Virus record (IMG/VR): IMGVR_UViG_3300021960_000001
Coordinates: 1 to 61,952 of that record
DNA length: 61,952 bases
From: a virus
Lineage: Duplodnaviria > Caudoviricetes
Reading direction: 5' to 3' (one strand)
The notes beneath the pieces are model-generated. The model did no database searches. It was not told the origin of the DNA and was given only the letters and a program-made list of their open reading frames with translations. Position 1 is the stretch's first letter, and every line of letters begins with the position of its first letter. Positions 37,407 through 47,625 of the stretch are shown in pieces. The translations under genes and the position numbers were made by a program.

Positions 37407-37689
37407 TGTAGATGTAAAACCAACATTAGGAACTGTTAATGTTCAAACAACAGATAATAAAGGTTTAAGTCCTGAATATTGGACTGAAAGATTAGTAGAA
37501 AAACTTATTGGTATAAGTGATAACGCTGACCCTATGGTAAAAGCCCAAGCAGAAGCGTTTAAAGACACGATACAACAAGTTATTTTATTATATATAAAGC
37601 AAGCTATTGCAAGTGATAGAGCGACAGTAGCGGGTTTATTAGAAAAACAAGGTCATAAACAAATGGCTGATATCATAAGGAGAATATAA
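37399..37689 (+). CDS. Hypothetical structural-module protein
   Basis: Overlapping operon gene. Confidence 0.65.
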   Translation: MFSVDVKPTLGTVNVQTTDNKGLSPEYWTERLVEKLIGISDNADPMVKAQAEAFKDTIQQVILLYIKQAIASDRATVAGLLEKQGHKQMADIIRRI

Positions 37690-38117
37690 TGGCAATAACG
37701 CAAGCAATGTGTACATCATTTAAAAAAGAATTAATGACTGCTACACATAATTTTACCGCAGCAAGTGACCAATTTAAGTTAGCACTTTATACAAGTAGTG
37801 CTTCTTTAGACGCGGCTACTACTGCATATACTTCGAGTAACGAAGTGAGTGGAACTGGATATACTGCTAAAGGTGCATTTTTAACAAGTGTTACCCCCAC
37901 AACCTCGGGTACAACAGCTTTAACTGATTTTAATGATTTAACATTCAGTACTGCTACAATCACTGCAAGAGGTGCATTAATCTATAACGAAGCTGCAAGT
38001 GGAGACCCCTCAGTATGTGTATTAGATTTTGGTGGCGATAAAACGTCAACAGCGGGTGATTTTACAATTCAATTCCCAACAGCAGATGCTTCAAACGCTA
38101 TTATAAGAATAGCTTAA
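37689..38117 (+). CDS. Putative tail structural protein
   Basis: MAITQAMCTSFK, FKLALYT, ITARGALIYN, VLDFGGDK. Confidence 0.65.
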   Translation: MAITQAMCTSFKKELMTATHNFTAASDQFKLALYTSSASLDAATTAYTSSNEVSGTGYTAKGAFLTSVTPTTSGTTALTDFNDLTFSTATITARGALIYNEAASGDPSVCVLDFGGDKTSTAGDFTIQFPTADASNAIIRIA

Positions 38118-38124
38118 ATCACTT

Positions 38125-39018
38125 ATGTCGAGTGTGACAGGTTGGGGTCGAGGTACTTGGAGCAGTGCTGCTTGGGGTACATCTTTACCTGTTGAACTAA
38201 CAGGAGTTTCCGCTACAGGTTCTGTTACTAGTGTAACTACTGTAGCAGAAGCTAATATAACACTTACAGGTGTTGCAGGAACCGCAACTTTAGGTAATGA
38301 AACAGTAGCCGCTAATGCAGATGTAAGCGTTACTGGTTTCAGTCTTACTTCTTCATTAGGAAATGAAACGGTAATAGGCACAGCTGTTATTTTACCTACA
38401 GGTGTTTCATCAACAGGAACGTTAGGTGACGAAAGCGTAGTAGCAGAAGCTAATATTTCACCTACAGGTGTTTCATTAACAGGAACGTTAGGTGACGAAA
38501 CAGTAACAGGTACCGCTAATATCTCACCTACAGGTATTGCTGGAACAGGTACTTTAGGTGATGAAAGTGTTGCAGCAGATGCTAATACCACAACAACAGG
38601 TAATGTAGGTACTTCTGCATTAGGTAATGCTATTACGGCAGGAGCAGCAGTAACGGGTGTTACCGCTGTAGCTTCAGTTACAAGTTTAGGTGAAGAAACC
38701 GTTACAGCAGGAGCAAATGTAGCTGTTACAGGTCCAGGACTTACTTCAACGTTAGGTACGGTTACACAAAGAACTTCTAATACAATAAGCGTAACAGGTT
38801 TAGCAGGAACTTCAGGAGTAGGTTCTGTAACCCTTATAGCTAAAGCGGTTGTGGCTCTTACAGGAGTAGAAGGACAGGGTAAAGTTAAAACTGTAAACAT
38901 TTGGGGATTAGTAAACGATACTCAAACACCAAGTTATTCAGATGTTTCAACAACTCAAACACCCAACTATTCAACTATTTCAGATACTCAAACACCAAAT
39001 TGGAAAGAAGTTGCTTAA
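38125..39018 (+). CDS. Thr/Gly/Val-rich repeat protein (22-aa repeats), putative fibre component
   Basis: TGVS.TGTLGDE.V repeats; 66-bp DNA periodicity at 38395 and 38461. Confidence 0.7.
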   Translation: MSSVTGWGRGTWSSAAWGTSLPVELTGVSATGSVTSVTTVAEANITLTGVAGTATLGNETVAANADVSVTGFSLTSSLGNETVIGTAVILPTGVSSTGTLGDESVVAEANISPTGVSLTGTLGDETVTGTANISPTGIAGTGTLGDESVAADANTTTTGNVGTSALGNAITAGAAVTGVTAVASVTSLGEETVTAGANVAVTGPGLTSTLGTVTQRTSNTISVTGLAGTSGVGSVTLIAKAVVALTGVEGQGKVKTVNIWGLVNDTQTPSYSDVSTTQTPNYSTISDTQTPNWKEVA

Positions 39019-39062
39019 CAATTACATAAAAAATAAGGTATAATCAAAAACGGAGAACAAAA

Positions 39063-42000
39063 ATGGCAAGTACATACGTAAATGACTTAAGACTTAACGA
39101 GATGGCTACTGGGGATGCTAGTGGTACATGGGGCGAAGTTACAAACACAAACTTAGAATTAATTGCTGAAGCTTTTAGTTATGGCACAGAAGCTATAACA
39201 ACTAATGCTGACACACATACAACAACTATAGCAGACGGAGCAACCGACCCTGGAAGGTCAATGTACCTTAAATATACAGGTACTTTAGATTCAGCCTGTA
39301 CTATTACCATCGGTCCTAACACCGTTAGTAAAATGTGGTTTATTGAAAACGCTACTAGCGGTTCTCAAAATATAGTAATTTCTCAAGGTAGTGGAGCTAA
39401 TATCACTATTCCTGCAGGAGACGTAAAAGTAGTTTACTCAGACGGAGCAGGAAGTGGAGCAGCAGTCGTTGACGCTTTTGCTAGTCTTAATGTTGTAGAT
39501 TTAAAAGTACAAGATGATTTAACCGTAACTGACGATATGACTGTTGGCGGTACTTTAGGTGTTACAGGAGTTTTAACAGCTACCTCACTAGACATCTCAG
39601 GCGATATAGACGTAGACGGAACTACTAACTTAGACGTAGTAGATATAGATGGAGCTGTAGATATGGCTTCTACTCTACAAGTAGATGGAGCTATTACAGG
39701 TTCAAGCACAATCAATGGCGTAGGTATTTCTTCTAATATTACAAACTTTTCTGAAAGTATATTAATTAGTAATGATGCTGGTACAGGTACTTTATCTAGT
39801 GCTAGTAGTAACACAGGTTTAGGTTTTGAAGTTTTTAATGTCTTAACAACAGGTGATAACAATACTGGTATTGGAAGAAAAGCATTAACCGACACAACAA
39901 CTGGGAGTAGCAATACTGCTTTAGGACAAAATGCTTTAGCAGAAAATACTACAGCTAGTAACAACACAGCTGCAGGTAAAAGTGCATTACAAAATAACAC
40001 TACTGGTGCTTCAAATTCTAGTGTTGGTGCTTCTTCTTTAACAACAAACTCCACAGGTTCTAATAACACCGCTGTAGGTTTTGAAAGTTTAAAAGCAAAC
40101 ACAACAGCAGACAACAACACAGGAATTGGTTATCACGCTTTACTAGCAAACACTACAGCAACACAAAATACAGCAGTCGGTGCAAGTGCTTTAGCAGCTA
40201 ACACCACTGGTGCTAATAATACAGGAATTGGTACAAATACTTTATTTGATAACACTACTGGTGCAGAAAATACTGCTTTAGGTGTAGGTGCTTTAGCAAA
40301 TAATACTACAGCGAGTAATAATACTGCTGTTGGTAGGGCAGCTTTAGTAGGAAACACTACAGGTAGTAACAATTCTGTAATAGGCTCTACAGCAGCAGAT
40401 GCTTTAACAACAGGTAGTTATAATGTTGCTTTAGGCTTTGCAGCTTTGGGTTCAGATACGCAAGGAAGTTTATCAGTTGCTATTGGACCATCTGCATTGT
40501 TAAATCAAAACTTTACATCAGCTACTGATGCTTACAATGTAGCGGTTGGAACTAATGCAGGTCTATCAGTAACCACAGGTGTTCAAAATACCCTCATTGG
40601 TGGTCTAGCAGGTGATGCTATTACTACAGCAAGTAATAATTCAGTATTAGGTTGGTCAGCTTTAACAGCAAACACAACTGGTGCTCAAAATGTAGCAGTA
40701 GGTACAACAAGTTTATTCTCAAACACCACAGGTTCAACAAATACAGCTTTAGGCGATGCTGCTTTAAAAGAAAATACAACAGCCAGTAACAATACTGCTG
40801 TTGGTAAAGATGCTTTAAGGGCAAATACCACAGGTGCAGGTAATACATCAGTCGGTATGGATTCATTAAAAGCAAACACCACAGGTGCTGGGAATCAGGC
40901 TTTTGGTAAAGATGCTTTATTTGCAAACACTACAGGTAGTCTTAACTCAGCATATGGTGCTGGTGCATTACAGGCTAACACTACTGCTAGTAATAACACA
41001 GGTGTTGGTTACTTATCTTTAGGAGCAAACACTACAGGTGCTGAAAACGTAGCAGTAGGTGCAAATGCTTTAGATGCAAATACTACAGGAGGTGGAAATG
41101 TTGGTATTGGTGTTAATTCTTTAGGAGCTTTAACAACTGGTGCAGGTAACACAGCTATTGGTGATGATTCAGTAGCTAGTGGTGTTGTAACAGGTAACTA
41201 TAATACTGCTTTAGGTAATTCAGCATTAGATGCACTTACTTCAGGTACATTGAATGTTGCTATAGGTAGATTATCATTAGCAGCGAATACTTCAGGTGTT
41301 AATAACGTGGCAGCTGGTGCTTCTTCTTTAGATGCTAATACAACAGGTAATGCAAATGTTGCTATTGGGCATTTCAGCTTAACATCAAACACAACTGCTA
41401 GTAACAATGTGGCTGTCGGTGGTGATTCAATGCAACAAAATACCACAGGTGCTAATAACGTAGCGGTTGGTACAGATGCACTTAAAGCAAACACTACAGG
41501 TGATTCTAATACAGCAGTTGGTGGTGCATCACTAGATGCTAACACTACAGGTGCTAATAATGTAGCAGTAGGTTATGCTTCTTTAGGGTCAAACACTACT
41601 GCTTCTAATAACACAGCAGTTGGAGTCGGTGCTATGGACTCTAACACCACAGGAACTAGTAATGTTGCTTTAGGTGCAAATGCCCTAGACGCTAACACCA
41701 CAGCATCAAACAGTACAGCAGTTGGTTTTGATGCTTTAACAACAAACACTACAGGTGCTGCAAATACAGCTATAGGTAATGTAGCATTACAAGCAAACAC
41801 AACAGGAAATTATAATTCTGCTCTTGGTTCAGGTGCTTTGCTTTCTAATACAACAGGAAGTAACAATGTAGCGGTTGGTCTGAACTCTTCAGTATTAAGC
41901 ACTACAGGTAATTTTAATACTTCTGTGGGTGCTTTTTCTTTAGATTCAAACACAACTGGTTCATCTAATACTGCTGTAGGTGAAGGTAGTCTTGGTAATG

Positions 42001-43031
42001 CTACTACAGCTTCTAACAACACAGCAGTTGGTGCTAATGCTTTGGTAGCAAACACTACAGGTAGTTCAAGTGTAGCTGTTGGTAGTAATGCATTAGCAAG
42101 TCAAACAACTGCTTCTGGTAATACAGCTATTGGTGCAAATTCTGCTGACGCTATAACAACAGGAATACACAACACAGCTGTAGGTTCAGGTGCCGCAGGT
42201 AGTTGCACGACAGGAACTAATAACACAGCAGTTGGTTATATAGCTCATTTAACAAACACTACAGGTGCTAGTAATACAATTATTGGTCATAGTGCTGGAG
42301 CAGCCTTTACTACAGCTAACAACAACACAGCAATTGGTAAAGATTCTATGCAAGTAGGTACAACTGCTGGTGAAAATACTGCTGTTGGTTATAGGTCTAT
42401 GAATGATATAACAACTGGTGGAGAAAATTCTGCTCTTGGTGATGAAGCAGGTGGAAGTATAACTACAGGTATTCAAAATGTTTTTGTAGGACAAAGAGCA
42501 GGTAATTATCTAACAGCAACTACTACTGGTAATTACAACACTTATCTTGGTATGGCAATTCAGGCTAGTCATCCAGCATCAGAAAATGAAATAGTAATTG
42601 GACGTATACAGGCAGGTAAAGGTAATCAAACTGCTATGATTGGTGGTACTAGTGGAGCTTATAACGGAGCCAACTCATCTACATGGTCAACAACTTCTGA
42701 TAGAAGAATTAAAAAGAATATAGAAGATAACAATACTGGTCTTGATGCTATAAAAGATATTAAAGTTAGAAACTTTGAATATAGAACTGAAGATGAAATT
42801 ACAGATTTTGAAAATCCAGCTTCAGCAGTTGTTCATAAAGAAGGCATACAACTAGGAGTTATAGCTCAAGAAATAGAAACAATTTTACCTGATATGGTTA
42901 TTACACAATCAACAGGTGTAAAAGCTGTAAACCCTGATAACCTTACATGGTACTTGGTAAACGCAGTAAAAGAACTGTCTACAACAGTAGATGAATTAAA
43001 ACAAGAGTTAAAAACTCTAAAAGGAGAATAA
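39063..43031 (+). CDS. Tail fibre with long 14-aa repeat array and C-terminal S74 intramolecular chaperone
   Basis: Dozens of NTAVG..AL..NTTG repeats; SDRRIKKNI...GVIAQE...LVNAVKEL. Confidence 0.9.
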   Translation: MASTYVNDLRLNEMATGDASGTWGEVTNTNLELIAEAFSYGTEAITTNADTHTTTIADGATDPGRSMYLKYTGTLDSACTITIGPNTVSKMWFIENATSGSQNIVISQGSGANITIPAGDVKVVYSDGAGSGAAVVDAFASLNVVDLKVQDDLTVTDDMTVGGTLGVTGVLTATSLDISGDIDVDGTTNLDVVDIDGAVDMASTLQVDGAITGSSTINGVGISSNITNFSESILISNDAGTGTLSSASSNTGLGFEVFNVLTTGDNNTGIGRKALTDTTTGSSNTALGQNALAENTTASNNTAAGKSALQNNTTGASNSSVGASSLTTNSTGSNNTAVGFESLKANTTADNNTGIGYHALLANTTATQNTAVGASALAANTTGANNTGIGTNTLFDNTTGAENTALGVGALANNTTASNNTAVGRAALVGNTTGSNNSVIGSTAADALTTGSYNVALGFAALGSDTQGSLSVAIGPSALLNQNFTSATDAYNVAVGTNAGLSVTTGVQNTLIGGLAGDAITTASNNSVLGWSALTANTTGAQNVAVGTTSLFSNTTGSTNTALGDAALKENTTASNNTAVGKDALRANTTGAGNTSVGMDSLKANTTGAGNQAFGKDALFANTTGSLNSAYGAGALQANTTASNNTGVGYLSLGANTTGAENVAVGANALDANTTGGGNVGIGVNSLGALTTGAGNTAIGDDSVASGVVTGNYNTALGNSALDALTSGTLNVAIGRLSLAANTSGVNNVAAGASSLDANTTGNANVAIGHFSLTSNTTASNNVAVGGDSMQQNTTGANNVAVGTDALKANTTGDSNTAVGGASLDANTTGANNVAVGYASLGSNTTASNNTAVGVGAMDSNTTGTSNVALGANALDANTTASNSTAVGFDALTTNTTGAANTAIGNVALQANTTGNYNSALGSGALLSNTTGSNNVAVGLNSSVLSTTGNFNTSVGAFSLDSNTTGSSNTAVGEGSLGNATTASNNTAVGANALVANTTGSSSVAVGSNALASQTTASGNTAIGANSADAITTGIHNTAVGSGAAGSCTTGTNNTAVGYIAHLTNTTGASNTIIGHSAGAAFTTANNNTAIGKDSMQVGTTAGENTAVGYRSMNDITTGGENSALGDEAGGSITTGIQNVFVGQRAGNYLTATTTGNYNTYLGMAIQASHPASENEIVIGRIQAGKGNQTAMIGGTSGAYNGANSSTWSTTSDRRIKKNIEDNNTGLDAIKDIKVRNFEYRTEDEITDFENPASAVVHKEGIQLGVIAQEIETILPDMVITQSTGVKAVNPDNLTWYLVNAVKELSTTVDELKQELKTLKGE

Positions 43032-43032
43032 T

Positions 43033-43311
43033 ATGGCACAAACAGTAACAGAAGTCTTAACAGCAGGAACTGATAGCGTAACATTAATTGACGGTGTAAA
43101 AGCTGGAAGTTGGGACGTTACAGGATTGGAGCAATCTGAAATAAATAAAATGGTACAAAGAAACGTGGACCACTTAGAACTTATTTTAGAATATGCACCT
43201 GTTGATAGTGATGATGAAACTCCAGATGTAAAAGGAGCAGCAAGTAATTTAAAAACTACTCACGTTGCAGCTATTGCTACTGGTAAAAAGTACATAACTG
43301 ATAATAGTTAA
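43033..43311 (+). CDS. Hypothetical protein (fibre-associated)
   Basis: AAGGAG RBS; RNVDHLELIL. Confidence 0.65.
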   Translation: MAQTVTEVLTAGTDSVTLIDGVKAGSWDVTGLEQSEINKMVQRNVDHLELILEYAPVDSDDETPDVKGAASNLKTTHVAAIATGKKYITDNS

Positions 43312-43344
43312 TTTTAATAAACCATCACCTAAGGAGGTGCACAA

Positions 43345-43578
43345 ATGCAAAAAGAAGAAAATAAAGCCGTCATTGGCGATAACGAAATTCTAGAAACAGA
43401 AATGACTGAGGAGCAAAAATATTTAGCTAATCAAATAACTGATTTAAGAAATAAAAAAGCTAAAATTCAGTTTGATTTAGACCAAATACAAGCAGCTCTA
43501 ACTGTTTTTGAAAATACTTTTATAGCTTCAACAAAAGAAAAAGCTGATGAGGTTCTAGAAGAAAAAGAGGAGAAATAG
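43345..43578 (+). CDS. Small coiled-coil protein
   Basis: TAAGGAGGTG RBS. Confidence 0.65.
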   Translation: MQKEENKAVIGDNEILETEMTEEQKYLANQITDLRNKKAKIQFDLDQIQAALTVFENTFIASTKEKADEVLEEKEEK

Positions 43579-43734
43579 ATGGTAGATTTAATTATGTGGA
43601 TTACTACAATAGTAACAGTTGCTTCAATAGTAGCTGCTTCAACGCCCACTCCCAAAGACGATGCTTGGATTGGTAAACTTTATAAGTTTATTGATTTACT
43701 AGCTTTAAATATTGGAAAAGCCAAAGATAAATAA
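43579..43734 (+). CDS. Small membrane protein, holin-like (51 aa, not in the ORF track)
   Basis: GAGGAG RBS; TM helix then TPTPKDD...LALNIGKAK. Confidence 0.6.
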   Translation: MVDLIMWITTIVTVASIVAASTPTPKDDAWIGKLYKFIDLLALNIGKAKDK

Positions 43735-43916
43735 TGGCTACTGCTAAAGATGCTTTAAATGCTATAGAATCTCATGAAAGAGAATGTAAAGCATTATATA
43801 AAAGTATTGATAAAAGACTGGAAGACGGCTCAAAACGTTTTGATAAACTAGATAATATGATTTGGGCGGTCTATCCTTTTATTGTCGGTGTTGTATTTTT
43901 AGCTAAATTTGTATAG
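43734..43916 (+). CDS. Small protein with C-terminal TM helix (XhlA/holin-like)
   Basis: HERECKALY..I..RL..G.KRF followed by a TM segment. Confidence 0.55.
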   Translation: MATAKDALNAIESHERECKALYKSIDKRLEDGSKRFDKLDNMIWAVYPFIVGVVFLAKFV

Positions 43917-43925
43917 GAGGATTTA

Positions 43926-45815
43926 ATGCCTCTTCAAAAACTTTTATTTAAACCAGGAATAAACAAAGAAGCTACTGATTACGCTAGTGAAGGTGGCTGG
44001 GTAAATTCTAATTTAGTTCGTTTTCGTAAAGGCTTACCCGAAAAAATAGGCGGGTGGGTTAAGGCTAGCACTGACACTTTTAAAGCTACAGGACGAGCAC
44101 TTCATGCTTGGGTAGACCTACAAGGAACTAAATATTTAGGGTTAGGAACTACTTGGAAATACTATGTCGTAGACGGTTCATCTTTTAATGATGTAACGCC
44201 AATACGTTCTACAACGGCTGCAGGAGACGTAACATTTGCAGCAACTAACGGTTCTTCAACCATTACCGTAACCGATACAGGACACGGAGCCGTTGCGAAT
44301 GATTTTGTTACTTTTAGTGGAGCAGCTACTTTAGGCGGTAATATAACAGCCGAAGTTTTAAATCAAGAATATCAAGTTGTTGCTGTAACAACAAATACAT
44401 ATACTATTGTAGCTAAAGATACTAGCGGAACAGAAGTTACCGCAAACGGTTCAGATACTGGAAACGGTGGTAGTAACACAGTAGGTACATATCAAATAAA
44501 CGTGGGGCTTGATGTTTACGTTCCTTCTACAGGTTGGGGTTCTGATTATTGGGGAGCAGGAACTTGGGGAAGCGTTTCACCACTAGACGCCGCTAATCAG
44601 CTAAGACTTTGGTCACATGATAATTTTGGTGAAGACTTAGTTATAAATGCACGTGGAGCAGGTGTTTTTTATTGGGATGAAACTAATGGAGTAGAAACAA
44701 AAGCTGTTGCCTTATCTGCTTTACCAGGAGCTAATTTAACACCTACGTTAGCTTTACAAGTTATGGTATCAGACGTGGACAGGCACGTTATTTGTTTTGG
44801 GGCAGACCCTATAAACGACTCAGGTACAGCCAGAACAGGGGCTATAGACCCTATGTTTATAGCTTGGAGCGACCAAGAAAATATAGAACAATGGGAACCT
44901 TTATCTACTAATACAGCAGGTTCGTTTAGGCTTTCGGCAGGTTCTGCAATCGTTGGGGCGGTTAGAGCAAGACAAGAAACATTAATATGGACAGATACGT
45001 CTTTATATTCCATGACTTTTGTTGGTCAGCCTTTTACTTTTTCAATTAATCTAGTTAATGAAGGCGTAGGTCTTGTTGGACCTAATGCTATGGTAAATAC
45101 TCCTAAAGGGGTGTTTTGGATGGATAAAAAAGGTTTTTATTCTTATGCAGGAGCCATACAAGAGCTTCCTTGTACTGTAGACGATTATGTATTTTCTGAT
45201 TTAAATCAAACACAAAGTTATCAAATATTCGGTTTTGTTAATAAAGCATTTAACGAAGTTGGTTGGTTTTATTGTTCGGAGGATAGCAATGTTATCGATA
45301 AATATGTTACTTATAACTATGAAGAAAATCTTTGGATGATAGGAGAACTTTCTAGAACTTGTTGGATAGACGAAGGTATTTTTAGTGACCCTAAAGCAAC
45401 TTATACAACTAATTACACAGGTTATTTGTTTAATCACGAAACGGGTAATGATAACGACGGCTCAGCAATGACTAATGTTTTTATAGAATCTGCTGATTTC
45501 GATTTAGGTGAAGGAGATATGTATCAGTCTATAAGCCGAATAATTCCTGATGTTAAATTTACAGGTTCTGCGAATACAGGAGCGGAAGGACAAACTTTAG
45601 ATATTGTTTTAAAAAGAAGAAACTTTCCTGGTGAAGAACTCACTACAGCAGTTACCAGTGCATGTACTTCGGTAACTACTAAAATAGATACTCGTGTACG
45701 AGGAAGACAAGCCGTATTGAGAGTTCAATCTAATGATACAAATACTAACGACGTAGGGATGGGTTTTAGATTAGGAGCAACACGTATAGATATAAAACCT
45801 GACGGAATGAGGTAA
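43926..45815 (+). CDS. Tail nozzle / tail tubular protein B-like
   Basis: KPGINKE...VRFRKGLPEKIGGW; beta-propeller-like repeats; size and position. Confidence 0.65.
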   Translation: MPLQKLLFKPGINKEATDYASEGGWVNSNLVRFRKGLPEKIGGWVKASTDTFKATGRALHAWVDLQGTKYLGLGTTWKYYVVDGSSFNDVTPIRSTTAAGDVTFAATNGSSTITVTDTGHGAVANDFVTFSGAATLGGNITAEVLNQEYQVVAVTTNTYTIVAKDTSGTEVTANGSDTGNGGSNTVGTYQINVGLDVYVPSTGWGSDYWGAGTWGSVSPLDAANQLRLWSHDNFGEDLVINARGAGVFYWDETNGVETKAVALSALPGANLTPTLALQVMVSDVDRHVICFGADPINDSGTARTGAIDPMFIAWSDQENIEQWEPLSTNTAGSFRLSAGSAIVGAVRARQETLIWTDTSLYSMTFVGQPFTFSINLVNEGVGLVGPNAMVNTPKGVFWMDKKGFYSYAGAIQELPCTVDDYVFSDLNQTQSYQIFGFVNKAFNEVGWFYCSEDSNVIDKYVTYNYEENLWMIGELSRTCWIDEGIFSDPKATYTTNYTGYLFNHETGNDNDGSAMTNVFIESADFDLGEGDMYQSISRIIPDVKFTGSANTGAEGQTLDIVLKRRNFPGEELTTAVTSACTSVTTKIDTRVRGRQAVLRVQSNDTNTNDVGMGFRLGATRIDIKPDGMR

Positions 45816-46141
45816 TGTCTAAGCTATTAGAAACGAAACTTCCTGTAGCTACAGGACCTCTCGACCCTGCAATATTTAATCGTTTAGTTAGAATATTAGA
45901 ATTAAGTTTAAATAAAGTAAACGTAGGCTCTACTGTAAATATTAATGAGTCTCAAAGAAATATAAACCAGTTTAATACAGGAGATATTGTTTGGAATTTA
46001 TCTACTAAACAACTTCAATTATGGACAGGAGAACAATGGTCAGATATTTATTCAGGAACAGAAAAAGGAGTTCAGGGAGTAGCCTCTCTGGGAAAAGTAA
46101 GTGTGTCAACGGGTGGAGACACAACAGTAAAAATATTGTAA
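45815..46141 (+). CDS. Hypothetical tail-module protein
   Basis: TAATG coupling. Confidence 0.6.
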   Translation: MSKLLETKLPVATGPLDPAIFNRLVRILELSLNKVNVGSTVNINESQRNINQFNTGDIVWNLSTKQLQLWTGEQWSDIYSGTEKGVQGVASLGKVSVSTGGDTTVKIL

Positions 46142-46152
46142 AAGGTGAGACT

Positions 46153-46593
46153 ATGAATTTAAAAAAGCTACAAGAAGAATTAACTTTCGATGAAGGGTGT
46201 ATCGATAAAATATACTTAGACCATCTAGGGTACCCTACTTTTGGAATAGGTCATTTAATACTAGAAACAGACCCCGAACACGGACAAGACGTGGACACGC
46301 CTGTTTCTAAAGAAAGAATCGATGAATGTTTTGAAAAAGATATACAAAACGTTATAAACGATTTAAACAGAAACTTGGTTTGGTGGAAAGACTTACCTGA
46401 AGATTTACAAAGAGTCATGGCTAATATGTGTTTTAATTTAGGCATAACAAGATTATTGAAATTTAAAAATTTTTTAGCAGCTATGGAAAAAGAAGATTGG
46501 GATAAAGCAGCGGTTGAAATGTTAGACAGTCGTTGGGCTATACAAGTGGGTCCTAGAGCGATAAGATTGAAAGATAGAGTTTTAGGAGCCTAG
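46153..46593 (+). CDS. T4-like lysozyme (GH24) endolysin
   Basis: DEG...YLDHLGYPTFGIGH, MCFNLG, EMLDSRWA.QV..RA; AAGGTG RBS before ATG 46153. Confidence 0.9.
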   Translation: MNLKKLQEELTFDEGCIDKIYLDHLGYPTFGIGHLILETDPEHGQDVDTPVSKERIDECFEKDIQNVINDLNRNLVWWKDLPEDLQRVMANMCFNLGITRLLKFKNFLAAMEKEDWDKAAVEMLDSRWAIQVGPRAIRLKDRVLGA

Positions 46594-46594
46594 T

Positions 46595-46741
46595 ATGAAA
46601 GTTAAAGCACCAAAAGGATATCATTGGATGAAAAACGGCAAATCGTTTAAATTAATGAAACACACAGGTAAATTTGTAAAACATAAAGGTGCAAGTTTAT
46701 CAGCAGATTTCGCAGTACAAAAAGTACATAAGAAAAAATAG
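46595..46741 (+). CDS. Small basic protein (48 aa, not in the ORF track)
   Basis: AGGAG RBS; MKVKAPKGYHWMK... Confidence 0.6.
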   Translation: MKVKAPKGYHWMKNGKSFKLMKHTGKFVKHKGASLSADFAVQKVHKKK

Positions 46742-46750
46742 GAGAATAAA

Positions 46751-46948
46751 ATGCCCGCAAAAAAGAAAACACATAAAACTAAAGACGGCAGAACTGCTAA
46801 AAAAGGTCTTTATTACAATATAAATAAAAAACGTAAAGAAGGAAAAAAGATGCGTAAAAAAGGAGCCAAAGGTGCTCCTACAGCAGCTGCTTTTAAACGT
46901 TCTGCTAAAACAGCTAAGAAGCCTAAGAAGAAAAGTAAAAAGAAATAA
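46751..46948 (+). CDS. Small, highly basic protein
   Basis: GLYYNINKKRK...GAPTAAAFKRSAKTAKK. Confidence 0.7.
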   Translation: MPAKKKTHKTKDGRTAKKGLYYNINKKRKEGKKMRKKGAKGAPTAAAFKRSAKTAKKPKKKSKKK

Positions 46949-47241
46949 TGCCTAGGAAAAAGGAAAAATCTATAAGACGTACTACTGGTAAAGGCGGTAA
47001 TTACCGTAAAACTAAATCAGGTGCAGGCATGACTAAAAAAGGTATTGCAGCATATAAAAGAAAAAACCCAGGGTCTAAACTTAAAGGGGCTGTCACAGGT
47101 AAAGTTAAAAAAGGAAGTAAAGCAGCAAAAAGGAGAAAGTCTTACTGTGCTAGAAGTGCAGGACAAATGAAAAAGTTTCCTAAAGCGGCTAAAAATCCTA
47201 ATTCAAGATTACGTCAAGCACGTAAAAGGTGGAAATGTTAA
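46948..47241 (+). CDS. Small, highly basic protein
   Basis: GAGMTKKG...RRKSYCARS...NSRLRQARKRWKC. Confidence 0.7.
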   Translation: MPRKKEKSIRRTTGKGGNYRKTKSGAGMTKKGIAAYKRKNPGSKLKGAVTGKVKKGSKAAKRRKSYCARSAGQMKKFPKAAKNPNSRLRQARKRWKC

Positions 47242-47625
47242 ATGGCTAAAAAAGCACCAGATGCATTTGTATATAATGCTACACTAGAAAGAATAGTGGA
47301 CGGAGACACTTTCGATTGCTGTCTTGATTTAGGTTTTGATGTAAAACTACATAAACAAAGAGTACGTTTAAGTGGTATCGATACTCCTGAGTCTAGGACT
47401 AGAGATTTAGCAGAAAAGAAACTAGGACTTGCTGCTAAAGAAAGATTAAAAGAACTTTGTGCGGGTAAGTTAAAAGTAAAATCTCTAGGTAAAGGCAAGT
47501 ATGGGAGAATATTAGGCATACCATACACAGAAGACGGTAAAGATATTTGTGAGATTTTAATTAAAGAAGGACATGCAGTTGAGTATCACGGAGGTACTAA
47601 AGTTAAAATCTGGGGAGATTATTAA
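47242..47625 (+). CDS. SNase-like (thermonuclease) nuclease
   Basis: VDGDT, RVRLSGIDTPE, GKYGRILG. Confidence 0.88.
   Translation: MAKKAPDAFVYNATLERIVDGDTFDCCLDLGFDVKLHKQRVRLSGIDTPESRTRDLAEKKLGLAAKERLKELCAGKLKVKSLGKGKYGRILGIPYTEDGKDICEILIKEGHAVEYHGGTKVKIWGDY

Noticed and set aside
39434-42494. Multiple minus-strand ORFs inside the tail fibre, and 38091..38900
   Set aside because: They are antisense shadows of repetitive Thr/Ala/Gly/Asn codons with no RBS or independent motifs
39063-43031. Diversity-generating retroelement or invertible tail-fibre cassette
   Set aside because: No reverse transcriptase, invertase or template/variable repeat pair was seen; the repeats are degenerate at the DNA level
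43326-43339. CACCT-AAGG-AGGTG hairpin over the RBS of 43345
   Set aside because: Only 5 bp; may arise by chance
46021-46152. N-terminal extension of the lysozyme in the ORF track
   Set aside because: It overlaps the upstream gene; the RBS and the lysozyme fold start at ATG 46153
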